Shown here one piece after another: positions 48,001 to 60,337 of a stretch of 64,000 nt of DNA (position 1 is its first letter; each line of letters opens with the position of its first letter). The stretch lies in assembly GCA_043228905.1 (NCBI GenBank), contig JBHGNT010000006.1, positions 20,026,001-20,090,000 on the forward strand. The letters run 5' to 3'. The DNA is from Azolla caroliniana (lineage: Eukaryota; Plantae; Polypodiophyta). Made by a program: the position numbers and the translations under genes. The notes under the pieces are model-generated. The model saw nothing but the letters and a program-made list of their open reading frames with translations. It was not told where the DNA came from and made no database searches.

Positions 48001-50685
48001 GCAAGACACAAAGCAAATCAAACATGTATGACATGGAATAAAGAGCCCCCACAAAGCAATGAAGGCGAGTTGGCTGGACACATTTGTTGGCAAAAAAGAC
48101 GGTTGTTGCCTACCCCTCAGACATCATGTTGGTTGCCAACTTTTGACCCAAAAACAAAAAAGCTAAGTTTTTATCTTGATTGAATCTTCAAGTCTTGAAT
48201 CCCACCTATGTTGTTTTAGTCTTAGTCCATTTGAGGGGGTATATGTTTTCTATGGTTAAGAAGTCTCCATGTGTGTTGTGGCTTTGCTAATCCTTGACAC
48301 CAATATGTATCATTCATTTTCTAATATAATCTTGTTGTTCATGCTCATGAGCAAACATGCAAAAGAAAAGAAAACCAAGTTGCCAAAGCAACATGCTATA
48401 ATATTCTCTAGCCATCCGAAAAGAAGGTGCAGAACCATTTTTAGCTCATCCATGTGAAAGAAAAACGAATTTAACTTTAGGCGAAAACAATCTTTAATAT
48501 ACATTTGACTGTGCACGCACAATATGTATGGTACATGGTTTCAAAGATGATTTATTTTGACTATGGTCTGAGTTGTAGTGAACTGTATTTTCTTTTTTGT
48601 TTTAAGAAACATTGTTAGTTTGATGACAAAATCTCATATCGATATATCTTGATAGTGTTCAAAACATAATAAACTCAAAGTCTCTTTCAAATTTTTTCCA
48701 AACATTATTAACATGATGGCAACACACCTGTTACACATTCATACCTTTGGGTTTTGAGATTCCGCGAGAGCCTTGAACAACCCTTGTTCTTTCCTATAAC
48801 AAAGAAACAGCACAATGTTTGCTAATTGAAATATAATTTGCAAATCATGTACAAAATTATAAACATGCAATTCTGAATGTTTTCGAATACTTGTTAGATA
48901 TTGTACTTATTGCAAGTTTTCGTTCACATGAGTAATTACTTGGGTTTATGGTTAACAATCACTCGATTTTGAGCTTGTCTTTTAAGGTTTAGGGTTTAGG
49001 GTTTCGAGATGTTTAGCTTGTTGTAACTTACAACAAGCTAAACATCCCTAAACCCTAAACCTTAAAAGACATAATATATTTTGAAATATGTAAAGGGGAG
49101 GTTCAAAAGTTTTGAAAGGAAACCCATGTTTATCTTGCATGAAAACATTGGTCGCAAAAAACTATAAGACAAAGTGGGAAGTTGGAACATTGGTGCACGT
49201 AGTTTGCACACCCATGTTCAAGTTGTGGCAAACTTAATTCATTTGGCCAAAAACCTCATGACATGGGAGAGACGGATACCAAGCTAGATATAATATATAT
49301 ATATATATATTGAGCCACAAATGAAACAAAGGAAACTACTCCACTACAATTTGGACATCCATGTCGATGTGGCACTATTATTATATCATTGGTTGCGAAA
49401 ATCATGCCATTGGGACAAACCTCAAGACATGTATGATAAGCTTGAAGCTAGAAAAAACAAGGGAAGTGCATCGGACGCAACCCTTCCATGTGACTTGCAT
49501 GGTGGGCACACAAATCAATAATAGGCCACGATGCTCATGGCATGCTTACCATGATTAGAGGAAGATGGGGCGATGGATGATAACAAAACACATAATATGG
49601 AAGGTACAGGGGGCAACATGAGGAGCACACATCGAATGGCACCTAGTCCCACGTTGGCGCACGTGCAACAAAATCATTGGGCAGGAGGATCTGGAGATTT
49701 TGTTTGGCCTCTGGGTCTTTGTTCTGATGGATGGATGGATGGATGGATGGATTGGAGGGAGGGGTATGCGAGTAATTAGCATAAATGACCACCATGTCTT
49801 CTCTAGGTCTTTGTATCCATGGATGAGGAGGGGTATTGCTTGAAATTACTATAAACCACCATAGGTTTCCTCTTTTGTTGGTTAGGTAAGGCTCTTTGAG
49901 ATTTGTTTGGCCTTGGGTCTTTGTTTTGATGGATGGGTGGGAGGGGTATGGTTGTAATTAGCATAAACCACCATGTCTTCTTTGGGCCATGTGGGAGGGA
50001 GGGGTATTCCATGTAATTACTATAAACCACCATCTCTCAAATGGAAGAAAACAAACAGTCCACACTCAGAAAGAAGAAAACTCCATCCCCCACAAAATGA
50101 TGAAGAAGATGCAGGCATGAAGCAAAAACAGAAGAAGAAGAAGATCAAAAATCAAGCTGCACTTAAAAAAAAGTAGCGGTTTTGCTACAGAGATGATATT
50201 AAATTTTAAGTAGAATTATGGACTTCTCTTTGTCCCTCCCACCCCCCTTTGTTTTGTTTTTTTGTTTTTTGTTTTGTTTTAATTACTTGAAATAGGACTT
50301 GAATTCTTGGAACCCCTTCTTAATCCTTGCCATCGCTAGATCATCGTCCGTGTTTGCTTTGCTGCTAACCGATTTCTGATCATTGTCGCTGGTTGATTTG
50401 TTTCTAGCTGCTGCCAGATCTTTGTTTAACTCTTCGATCTTCTGTGCAGCTATGGACTCGAGCGCTGGATCTTTCCTATCAAATAATTATATATGGATAG
50501 GGTTAATCCTTGAATTCCGATTCTAATTTAAATGTTTGAAGCATAAATAAATGATCGATGTTTATTCAAGGATCGATGAACTCATTAAAAAAAATGATGA
50601 ATAAGAATTGAATAATCGGTCTATATGTAAAATTTTACTTCAATAGATTCTGGAGAGTTTCCATGGCTTCTTGGAACCGTCCCAT
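45037..50685 (-). CDS. Beta-class carbonic anhydrase, about 273 aa, 7 coding exons, no obvious transit peptide
   Basis: Exons 50685-50639, 50475-50287, 48793-48745, 47276-47163, 46882-46731, 45961-45856 and 45201-45037 (822 nt). Zn motifs ACSDSRV and [11 protein letters not shown], plus [17 protein letters not shown] and ESVNLSL..TYPFV. An acceptor just 5' of the ATG suggests a 5' UTR intron. Confidence 0.92.
46133..46625. repeat. 33-bp telomere-motif-containing minisatellite in a carbonic anhydrase intron, about 14 copies
   Basis: Unit AAACCCTAAACCTAAAGGGCATCCTTAGGAGAT with small variants. It produces the 11-aa periodic ORF 46351-46647. Confidence 0.95.
48976..49071. repeat. Near-perfect inverted repeat (fold-back) containing telomeric repeats
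   Basis: TGTCTTTTAAGGTTTAGGGTTTAGG(gtttcga)GATGTTTAGCTTGTTGTAA-c-TTACAACAAGCTAAACATCCCTAAACCCTAAACCTTAAAAGACA: 44 complementary pairs around position 49027 with one 7-nt bulge. Confidence 0.92.
49690..50035. repeat. Degenerate direct duplication of about 190 bp in a carbonic anhydrase intron
   Basis: GAGATTT(T)GTTTGGCCT..GGGTCTTTGTT.TGATGGATGG..GGAGGGGTATG..GTAATTAGCATAAA..CCACCATGTCTTC occurs twice. Confidence 0.75.
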
Positions 50686-51362
50686 TTTCTGCTTATAAAT
50701 CGATCCTGAAAAGCAGATTCATATTTAAAAAAAAAGAAAAAAAAAACAGAAAAAGAAAAGAAAAGAACAAACAGAAACAAAGAATTAGGGAACGATGGAA
50801 TTCATTACGAATCAAAAATCCGAAAGAGAAGAAGCTAAGCTATTAAGAGATGGATGAGAGGAGCAGATTGATTTTGGGAGATCTGGATGAGAGAATGAAT
50901 GAATGAATGGAGTGAATGGGAGGAATGTGAGGGGTTGGGGGGGGCTCCCACGAGGACCTTGTTTCTGCTTCTCTGTTTCTTTTACGAATTAAGGAAGCTT
51001 CTCTGCTCATTTGAAGCTCTTTTTAAGATCCAAAATTTCAATCCTCTCTGTCTGTCTGTCTGTCTGTCTCTCAGTCAAGCAATAAAAAAGAATTTGCAGA
51101 AAAAAGAAAGAAGAGAAGAGAAAGAGAAAGAGAAGAAGAAGACCATTAAAAGTCTTTGCTTCTCATTTTATTTTTATTTTTATTTTTTCCCATTTATTTA
51201 TTTAATTTTTTACTTTCATTAATTTACATACTTGTATGTATGTATTTATCTTCTAAATGGAAGTTTCCTCCTCCTATTCACTTAAGACTTTGACTCATCA
51301 AATAATCAGAAAAAAACACACACACACACACACACAATATCAATCTCTACCTGTCTCTCTGC

Positions 51363-51530
51363 TAGCAATGGGCACGGTTTCAGCTCGAGCCGAGCCGAGC
51401 CGTTAAGCCATGGTTTTAACGGTTTATTGGTTCCAGAAAAATATAATGGTTTGGTTTGGATTTTTGATAAACGGTTCGGTTTGGTTCTTAAACTTGGGTT
51501 CATAAGTTTGGTTTAAAGGTTTATAGGTCT
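51363..51530. mobile_element. Truncated MITE end related to the 21936-22518 element
   Basis: TAGCAATGGGCACGGTTTCAGCTCGAGCCGAG...CCATGGTTTTAAC...GGTTCGGTTTGGTTCTTAAACTTGGGTT aligns with 21936-22090. Confidence 0.65.
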
Positions 51531-53008
51531 TCCAGAGTATGTATACTTAATCCAGATCGATCGATTTCTATAAAATGCTTTGCCACACATGGCCTCAAAA
51601 TAGTGTTTCCTGCTTCCTCTATACTTGATCCCGATTGATAAGACTTTATACCCTAAAACATTCTTTGCATGGTGCCAGAACCGCACCATTGCCATGATGT
51701 TGCGCGTGCCAAAGGAGAGGAACGTGCGAAAAAAAGAGAGGCAAGTTGTACACAAAGGGCTCCGGAAACTTGATCAAAGTGGTCATTGGGCAGGGAAAAA
51801 AAAGGGATGTAAAGAAGATTAAGACAAGCGATGAAAGATTGCGTAAAATGGGTAAGACCTGATCGCTACTGACGAAGAAGGGTTTCGGGTTTGAAACCCA
51901 TTAACAACGATAGCAAGGGAGTTATAATGCTTATTCGAGAAAGGCATGGACATTCTATATTTTCAGTGGATGTTGCATGGTATGCTTGGAGTTGGTAGAG
52001 ACCTTTGTTGTTAAGCTCCCCCAGTCAATTGAGGTCTTCGTTGGTGATAGTCAATGTGTTGAGCACACATACATTGTTCCACATGATTTGCCATACTTTG
52101 CTTTGACTATGTATGCAAATGTTATCTAATACACTCATAATATTTCGAGACCTAAAATATTTGTCCAAAGTCCAAACACGCTCTCTGTTGCATCAACACA
52201 AGTGATCTCTTGACTAAATGATTACCCACTAATTAATTACTATTTGAATAATAAATAAGAATAAAAACACAACCAAAAATTAAAATTGTGAAAATGTGAG
52301 GAAATCTTATTAATATGTATGTAGTAAACACTAATTAGGTGAAAGAAAAGCACTGAGAAAGTAAGTATGATAGTAAACGCTAAATGGACAAGGAAATTTT
52401 TATTAAGTGAGCTTTTCACTCTAGTGGTCTATATGCTTTGGGAGTTCACGAGTTCTTGATCTGTTGGTGAACAGTACCAAATGGCGGAACATCCCAACCG
52501 GAGGTATGGCTGAGCGGTTGTTTAGGAAAAACATGACTAAGCATTAGTTCACTTTCACCATTTCCCTCATCAACATTCATAGTTGTCTCCTAGATAGAAG
52601 GTGGAAACCAACAATATCACCATTAGCTGCAAGGTTTAATAACATCACCAAGAAGGGATGAGTATTTATAACAAACAAGATAGGGATAAGTGACATCCTT
52701 GACAAACAAATCTTTTGAGGGCAATATTTGATCTAACTCCATTATTAATTGTTACTTGAGACACAACATCTTGCCCTAATGGAAACATAAGGCGATACAT
52801 ACATGGTCCAAATACCATTGTATTCATTAATTTGAAACAAAGGACCGGTCAAAAAGGAGAGCACAATGCATGAAAAAAATGATCAACTCAAACTCCAAAA
52901 GTAGGTCACAAAAAGAATCAAGTTCAATAAATACAAAGGTCCTTAAATTATTACAAATGAAACAAAAGATAGCCAACTAAAAAAAGCTCCTATAAGAGTG
53001 GAGCTATC

Positions 53009-53219
53009 TAGGAATTAGCAACAACTCAACTCCAGCATGAACCAAGTCATCAAACCATTTTTAAACAGTTTGGCAATTTGGTTTGGTTAGGTTCAAGTTT
53101 GAGCATCCTTAACTGGTTAGAGCTCAGTTTGGGCCAAACTAGCTAAGGCTTAACCAATTTGGTTTGGATAAGACCAAACCGCTTAACCCAAAACCAATCC
53201 CAAACCGTTGCAATTCCTA
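53009..53219. mobile_element. hAT-type MITE, 211 bp
   Basis: TIRs TAGGAATT(A)GCAAC / GTTGCAATTCCTA. Perfect 8-bp TSD GAGCTATC at 53001-53008 and 53220-53227. Confidence 0.88.
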
Positions 53220-53735
53220 GAGCTATCCAAGGAATAATCTAGATTTTAAAGGACTATAATAGAGAACCATAATTCATTGACAACATGAGCTGCTAAAAAG
53301 AGAATAAATTTTACTATAACATTTTTTACATAGCTTTAACTACATATTGTGAGATTAGGTTTTTTACTCAAAAGCTAATACATCTCATTGTGTAAAAAGG
53401 TATAGATAATGTGAGTTCATGGTTGCCATTTAAAACTATATCATGCTTTTGTTGTTCAAAAGTTGTAGTTTTGTCATTCAAATCTATGCTTTTGCTGTTC
53501 AAAACTGATAGCATCTTACAATGAATAATTTAAAATAATGTGAATTTGATATTCAAATTGTATAGTTTTCCTCTATATATTATATATACACCACTAATGG
53601 CAAAGCACTATGACAGTCTTTCCTACAAAAGACTACATGCTTTATTTTATCCCAGTGGTGAATGTGTACTAGCAAACACAATTAAGTCAAACGAGGCAAA
53701 ACATGTAGCAAACCAATGGAAAAACAAATTGCCTA

Positions 53736-56700
53736 TCAATGGCATTGGGAATCTTCCTTTGGATGTGTGATGGAAGAGGATGAAAGAACCCGTGGGAATG
53801 CAGATGATGCACCAGGAAGAGATGCCGAGGAAGTATTATTGACACTGCAAGAAGAGGGAAGGGTCGTGTAAGAGCTATCCCAATCTTGAGCTCCATAGAG
53901 ATTTACATACACGGGTTTTAGTCGGATTGTCAAAATTATACAAAGCCCGGTTCCTATGACACACACACCCGCAGCGATAAAAAACGTGAGCTGGAAGCAA
54001 TGGGCCCCAGTACATACGAGTTGTTCTCCAGCATCTGTCATAGTACCATACTGGCGTAGTACCTCGAGGTCGTAAAGGTTACCTGCAAGAAGAGTGGAGA
54101 AGAGGAAGGATGCTATGGGGTCGGCAAGTGTAATGAAATTGTAGATGATTCCAAAGTGTTTCAAACCAAAGATTTCTGAAGCCGTAGGGACAATGGCAGC
54201 AATCTGAATGCCAAAGCAAAGACCCAAAAGTGAAGAGGCAACATGAAGGGTGCCGGGAATGGCAAATGCAAATAGTAAGTGAGCAGGGATCATTAGGAAT
54301 TGAGCAACACCAATCCAGACGGAACGAGGCATGCTGGATGATCTGAAGCCAAAGACCACATATAAATAAATGATTAGAGCATGATTACCATCAAAAACCT
54401 CATTGATCTTCGCAAAACAAAATAAACCAAACTAGTCAGAAGAAATACAGCCACGAGACCTTATGCAATGTTCTGATACCGCTCCTCCTCCAAGTCGCCC
54501 AATAAAGCCCCAAATGCCGCAAAGCAATACAAAAGTGGAGACTTGGGAGTAACCTTGCGCTTCTCCAAGTTGGTTCAAATTGTTGCCGGCAGTTAAAGCC
54601 GTTCCCACACCGCAGAAGAAAACAAAGAACATTAGCCAAAAGTCAAATTTCACCAATGCCTCCGTTAGTTTGAAGTCCTCCCCCCTCCTTGGCCGAGGTG
54701 GCTTTTTCTTCTGCTTAACTGCACCTTCACCTAAAGCTAAAAGAACTTCCCCACCCTCCTCTTCAGCATTTGCTACCTCCATCTTTGATTCAGTAACCTT
54801 GAGTTTAACCTCTCCATTATCACCACCAAAAATCCCTTCTCTCTTCTCCTCTAAGCTTCTTAGTGGTTCAGTATTATTATCATCATCAATTAGATTTATT
54901 TGCAAAGCTTCTCTAAGACAAGATTTGCCCTTGCTCTTGAACAAAAAAGCCCGTATAAAAAGCCTTACTGGAACAGCGACTGGAATCGCAAGAAATAGAA
55001 ACATCACAATGGCAGCTACGAATGATACAAGGGAGCTTGAAACAAGCTCATTGATGAAAACCAATACAAACAAGTAGATTGCAAGGGCAATGCACACTAT
55101 GTATATAAAGGAAAAATGCTTCTTCTCTTCCTCTAGCTCTGCATACGACTCTCCTTTTTGAGGCACTATCGGCCGGATAAAGCCCATACAAAATATGCAA
55201 ACAAGAGTTGGCCCAACGGAGAGGAAAAATAGAAGGTTAACTCCACTACTACTTAACAAGGAGGTGAATATCTGGGTGAAAATGGCACCACTTAGCCCAA
55301 TAAAACCTTTGAGAAAACCAACAATAGTTCCCCTGTTCTTGGGGAAGTTTCGCATGCATGTCACTAAAACTGCTGTATTGAACCATGTCATACTGTTCCC
55401 GCCCACGAAAATGGCAACGCACATCTAGAGAAATTCAACAATAGAACTGCATCAGATTTCAATCATGGGTAAAAACTAAGTGATCTACCTATGAACAAAG
55501 AAAACTTTAAAAATGTAGGGAGGGAAAGAAGATAGCAGTGGCATTCTTCTATAGGATGACATTTTGTCGGTGATCGTCCCATCTCAATGCCATTCTTCCA
55601 TAGTATGTTACATCATTCTGAGGTATGACCATCCTATCCTCAGATGTTTAGCATGCATGACCTTTTCTTTTATATTTGAAAACATGATGGATGTTGAAAA
55701 TCATAGTCCAGATCTTATATTTAATGTTGGTGAAAAGAAGGCTATACCATGCATGTTTATAAGACAGGTTATGGTATTCCTTGTAGTGTCAACTCAAATA
55801 CTGAGTAACATGGCAAACCAAAAGGCTTCTCTTGCTTAAAAAAAATTTCACAAGATTTTTATTCTATATTACCTTTAGGATTTGGGGGTTTTCTTTGTGC
55901 TTATTTACCAGTTTTTGAACTCTGATAACATGGCGCAAGGACTGAGGGCTGATAATTTCATGTCTTAAGGATTGAGGGCTTACAATTTAGGGCAAATGCC
56001 AATGATGGCACAAGCGGTGAACCATACAATGATCCCAATTGCATTTCAGGTTTAGGCTTATGTTTTAGCTTTTCATTTTGCACTTAGGATTTATGGTTTA
56101 TGTTCTACCCTTTCTTCTGCCCTTACCTTTAGAATTTTGCAATTGAGGTGAAATATTCCATGGAGATTAAAATTATATGAGAGGAAACACAGAGAGATCG
56201 AGAAAGATAGTATTGAGCAACCACAGGCTTACTTGCCTCTCGAAGGCTATTTGACCTCGGCGGAATCATAGAGGGCGAATGCCGGATGGCAGTGCTAGGG
56301 TTTAGGCTTCACAGATTAAGATGAAAAAACTACATTTAAGATTAAACACACATACACACGTTCAGAGAAAGAGAGAGAGAGAGAGAGAGAGGTACAGATG
56401 GACTGACCTGCCATAGAGGGGGTCGGAGTTCAAGAGTATTGCTTGCGACAAGCCAGAGGGTACCGAACCCCAAGAAGCCTTCGAGGGCGGCAACAGAGAG
56501 GATGATCCAAGGAGGTACTTTGTTGCAAACAAGGCCCGCGATGAGACCCATATTCTCGCCGAGGTCTTTGGAGAGAGCAAGGTAGTTGAGTTGCACCTGT
56601 GAGAGCTGAAGGACAGATTTTAGGGTTGCGGAATAGTTGGCATAGGCCGCAGTATTCCCGGCGAATGCCTGCACCCAAATTGCCGCCACAAGGCCCGTCC

Positions 56701-56887
56701 ACTTCCACAAATCCGATATCTCATCGCTCCTTCGACGGATCCCGTCTTCTCCTTCATCATCGACACCCTCTTCTTCCTTCTTCCAATTGATCAAGCTTCC
56801 TTGTGGCAATGGAAGCTTCATTGATGCTACTTCCTCTTCTTCTTCTCCTTCTCCTTCCTCAACAGGAGCTCTACTATCCATTTGCAT
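53736..56887 (-). CDS. Nodulin-like / NFD4-like major facilitator superfamily transporter, about 683 aa
   Basis: Exons 56887-56408, 55424-54460 and 54342-53736 (2052 nt, in phase). Motifs KWTGLVAAIWVQAFAG, KDLGENMG, WFNTAVLVTCMRNFPKNRG..VGFLKGFIGLSGAI, RRGEDF, ASEIFGLKHFG.IYN and C.GAHCF. Confidence 0.92.
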
Positions 56888-57275
56888 GCTTGCTTAAGAG
56901 GGGTTCTTGAGTTTTCTTCTTCTTCTTCTTCTTCTTCTTCTTCTTCTTCTTCTTTTCTTTTGGTCCTAGCAGACACACAGAGACTTGGGTCTTTCTTCCT
57001 TGGGGCCAGACATGATGCAGCATGCAGAATTGGCACAAACATGGCTGCAGCGCAAAATTTGTCGACCTTTCTATTCCATTCGTGTGCTTGCTTTCATCCC
57101 GCCTCTGTTGTGATGGACCCCATGACCCTACCCCACATCTCTACAAAGCTCTGTCTGTCTGTCTGTCTCTCTCTTTTCTCTCTCTTTTCTCTCGTGAAAA
57201 CAGACAATCATAGGGCTATCTGTCTCTGTCTCTGTTTCTCTGGGTTTTGGGTTTACCTTAGAAGACATTACTAAT

Positions 57276-58930
57276 TAGGGCCTGGCCTGAATTTGACGGG
57301 CTAGTATTAAAGTTTTTAAACTTTTTAAAGATGTATGTCATATAACATACAAGTTTTAATCATAGATTAATAGATTGACACATGTATGTCATACATCTTT
57401 AAACTTTTTAAAGATGTATGTCATATAACATACAAGTTTTAATCATAGATTAATAGATTGACACATGCGTCATATTCGTGATATTCTCCATGCGCAATAT
57501 TCTCAATATTCGAGAATACAAAATGGCCCCAAGAATATTAAAAAACCATTCGTTTTGTAAAATAAATATAAAAATTTATTTATTTATTATTTAAATAAAA
57601 GTATTTCACCAAAAAAACAATTATTCATTAATAGATTATAGTGTCAAGAGAGTTTATGAAACTTATTTTAATTAATTAATTTTTTTAAAACGAATATTTT
57701 TATATTTATTATACAAATATGATTGATTAGTATGAACTTTGAAGATATGATTATTATACAAACTGAATACTTACTCATAATATATTTCTTAAAGCCCAAA
57801 ATATACAAAAAAATATTTGTCATACCGTGATTCCACTCATATTAAGCATTGTGCAATATGTGTCTACTTCAATGATACTATCCTTCTCTCTTTCTCTTCA
57901 AACCAAAAGGTTAAATATATCCCTCCAACAAATGTTTGATGTCTCCTAAAATTCCTCTAGCATCACTTTGTGCATATTAATAGTTCATCCAATCAACAAT
58001 CAAACATAATAACCTCATCACAACCATACTCCTTGATATCTATGGGTTCAACCAATCAACAATCAGACGTATCTCACCTCCTCCATGCTTTCTATGGCTT
58101 TCAATAAGTCCATATTGGACAAACATATGTAACTAATCTCTCTAATTGCTTAGTCCTTATGCTATTGTAGATTTTTGTGGGAATAAAAGAAAATGCATTC
58201 CACTTTGTCATACACGCTTCTCATGAGCAATCTTCAAAGAAAAAAGATTCAATAAAAGAGAAAAACAGAGAAAATAGAGAGAAAGAGAAAAAAGAGAGAC
58301 AAAATACATACTTCAGAGTGGTGTAGTGGCAAACAGTAGATGTCGTGCAATCACTGAGAAGCGACTGGGAGCAACGAGTAGCGAGCGAGCCGGGAGCAAT
58401 GGGTAACAACCAAGGAACAGGGAGTAGCAATGAAGGAAAGCAACGAGCAACGCGTGAAGAAGGAATAGGAAGCGTGAAGAAGGAAGCAAGAAAAGAGAAA
58501 ATAGGGGGGAAATAGGGAGAGGGGGGAATTTGGGAATGAAACATTGGAAGAAACATACAATATAAATATTTTCATATACTATAGAAATAGCCGGCTCATC
58601 CGGCTAAATTCCAGTTGGTCGGAAATCCTGGCCAGAATCAATTTCTGGCTATCCATAATGGTTGCCGCCAACCAGGAAAAGTCCTGACTCCCAATTCAAC
58701 CTTTGCCATGTCATATATATATGTATATATGTATGTGTGTATGTATGTATATGACATGGAAATTAAATTTTTAGCATGTCATTTGACATGCATAATTTTT
58801 GGGCGCCTTTTGCATGAAAAATAAAAATTGTAAGTTTATATGTCACTTGACAGACATTTTTATTGGGTGTATGTTTTTGACAGGCAAAATGGCCTTAAAC
58901 GGGCATGACACCCGTCAAATTCCTGCCCTG
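57276..58930. mobile_element. Non-autonomous hAT-like element upstream of the MFS gene
   Basis: Ends TAGGGCCTGGCCTGAATTTGACGGG / CCCGTCAAATTCCTGCCCTG. Near-TSD ATTACTAAT / ATTACTAT. Internal tandem duplication at about 57318-57466. Confidence 0.6.
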
Positions 58931-59214
58931 ATTACTATATCTTTCTTTTTTCCTTCCTTTGGTAAAAACAAATAATTCTAGGGCTCTCTCTTTTCATTAT
59001 GTAGTGAAAACACTAAAAACAATTATATATCATATAAAGTGTATGCAAAACACTACAACTACATTCATAAAGTTTTGTATGAAAAACACTACTTACGACG
59101 GGTGTCACAATGAAGTATAGTCACCCACTAACTACATAGGTAATGGAATAGGTTGAATTTATTTGCCGAAAGGCAATTGGGCGAACGCTCCACTTACGAA
59201 AGAATTTTTTCACT

Positions 59215-59610
59215 CTCTCCAATAAAGAAAATTGTCAGATTAGTACTCCCTTCAACTTTCATCGATATGCTTTTGACTCCATGCCTACCATCAAATACAA
59301 AAGGATTGAGCATATATCCCAATTATGATGCAATCCCCAATACCTCAAAAATAGGAAAACGATCTCCATCTCTGATTTTGGGGTCAATCTGTGTGAAATA
59401 ACACCCACTGTCTTGGTATCAAATAACATCGTGATAAAACTTGCAAATTTTGACAACTTGTAACTCCAAATCAGATGAGCAATCGGACATTGTATGGAAC
59501 AATGAGTATTATCTTCCATTTGTGCAGTGCAAAAGAAGCAATTGCCTATTCCCAATCCATGTCGCTTTAGAGCTAATCCTAAAGGCAAACCCTTGATCAA
59601 AGCCTTTGAG
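59215..59610 (-). mobile_element. LINE 3' fragment (C-terminal zinc-binding region)
   Basis: IKGLPLGLALKRHGLGIGNCFFCTAQMEDNTHCSIQCPIAHLIW has the C-x2-C...E...H...C pattern of the LINE ORF2 C-terminal zinc domain. Boundaries approximate. Confidence 0.65.
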
Positions 59611-60061
59611 TGCACACTCTCAAGGGTGTGTTCACACACTAGACTAGGTTGAGCTTGATTCTCAACACGCTCCCTCAAGCTCAACTTTGGTCGGCTACTT
59701 CAATTGATGTCCGTTTCGGCTCGTATCCGGTTTGGACGGTATCTGGTGTCATGAAGATTCCGGGCCATGGTTGTCATAACTAGACTCGAACCCATAACCT
59801 TTTGTTACACGGGTCGAGACTTTACCATTAGGTTATAAATTGTAATTTGAAGGATATTATTTTCATTTAGGTTTTATTGGGAAATTGATGTATATTCCAG
59901 ATTTCTCTGGAACATTCTAGAAACTTCAGGAGTATTCCTGAAGACACTATAAAAGGAGGCGCAAGGCATTAGTTCGAACCAAATCGGTTCAACGCCAGTC
60001 TTAAGCCTTCTAACTACTGTTGTATATCTTCCTTCATATAATACATATACCTTTCGCATCA

Positions 60062-60103
<42 letters not shown>

Positions 60104-60337
60104 ACCCATTCCTTCTCTCAAAGTTCGACACCTCTCATAGTACTAATCCTTCTCTGTCTTAGTACTATTCCCCGACAATAGTACTAATCCTTCTTTTAGT
60201 ACTAATTCCTTCTCTGCCTTAATAGAGTTCCTGACAGTTTGAACCGATTTTTCGGTGCCTGTCTGGTCTTTTCTCTCCCTCTTCCTTCTGTCTCCCTCCT
60301 TTCCTATTAGTCTCTTATTTTCCTTTTCCTTCATCCC

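Noticed and set aside
46133-49071. True telomere or chromosome-fusion site
   Set aside because: Only one or two TTTAGGG units at a time, embedded in longer repeat units inside introns of an intact gene.
51513-51900. 80-aa minus-strand ORF after the truncated MITE
   Set aside because: No recognisable motif or splice structure. It may be a decayed fragment but this is unsupported.
59765-59838. Functional tRNA gene (also 27468-27530)
   Set aside because: A/B-box-like motifs are present, but I could not build a convincing full cloverleaf. Reported only as tRNA-like.
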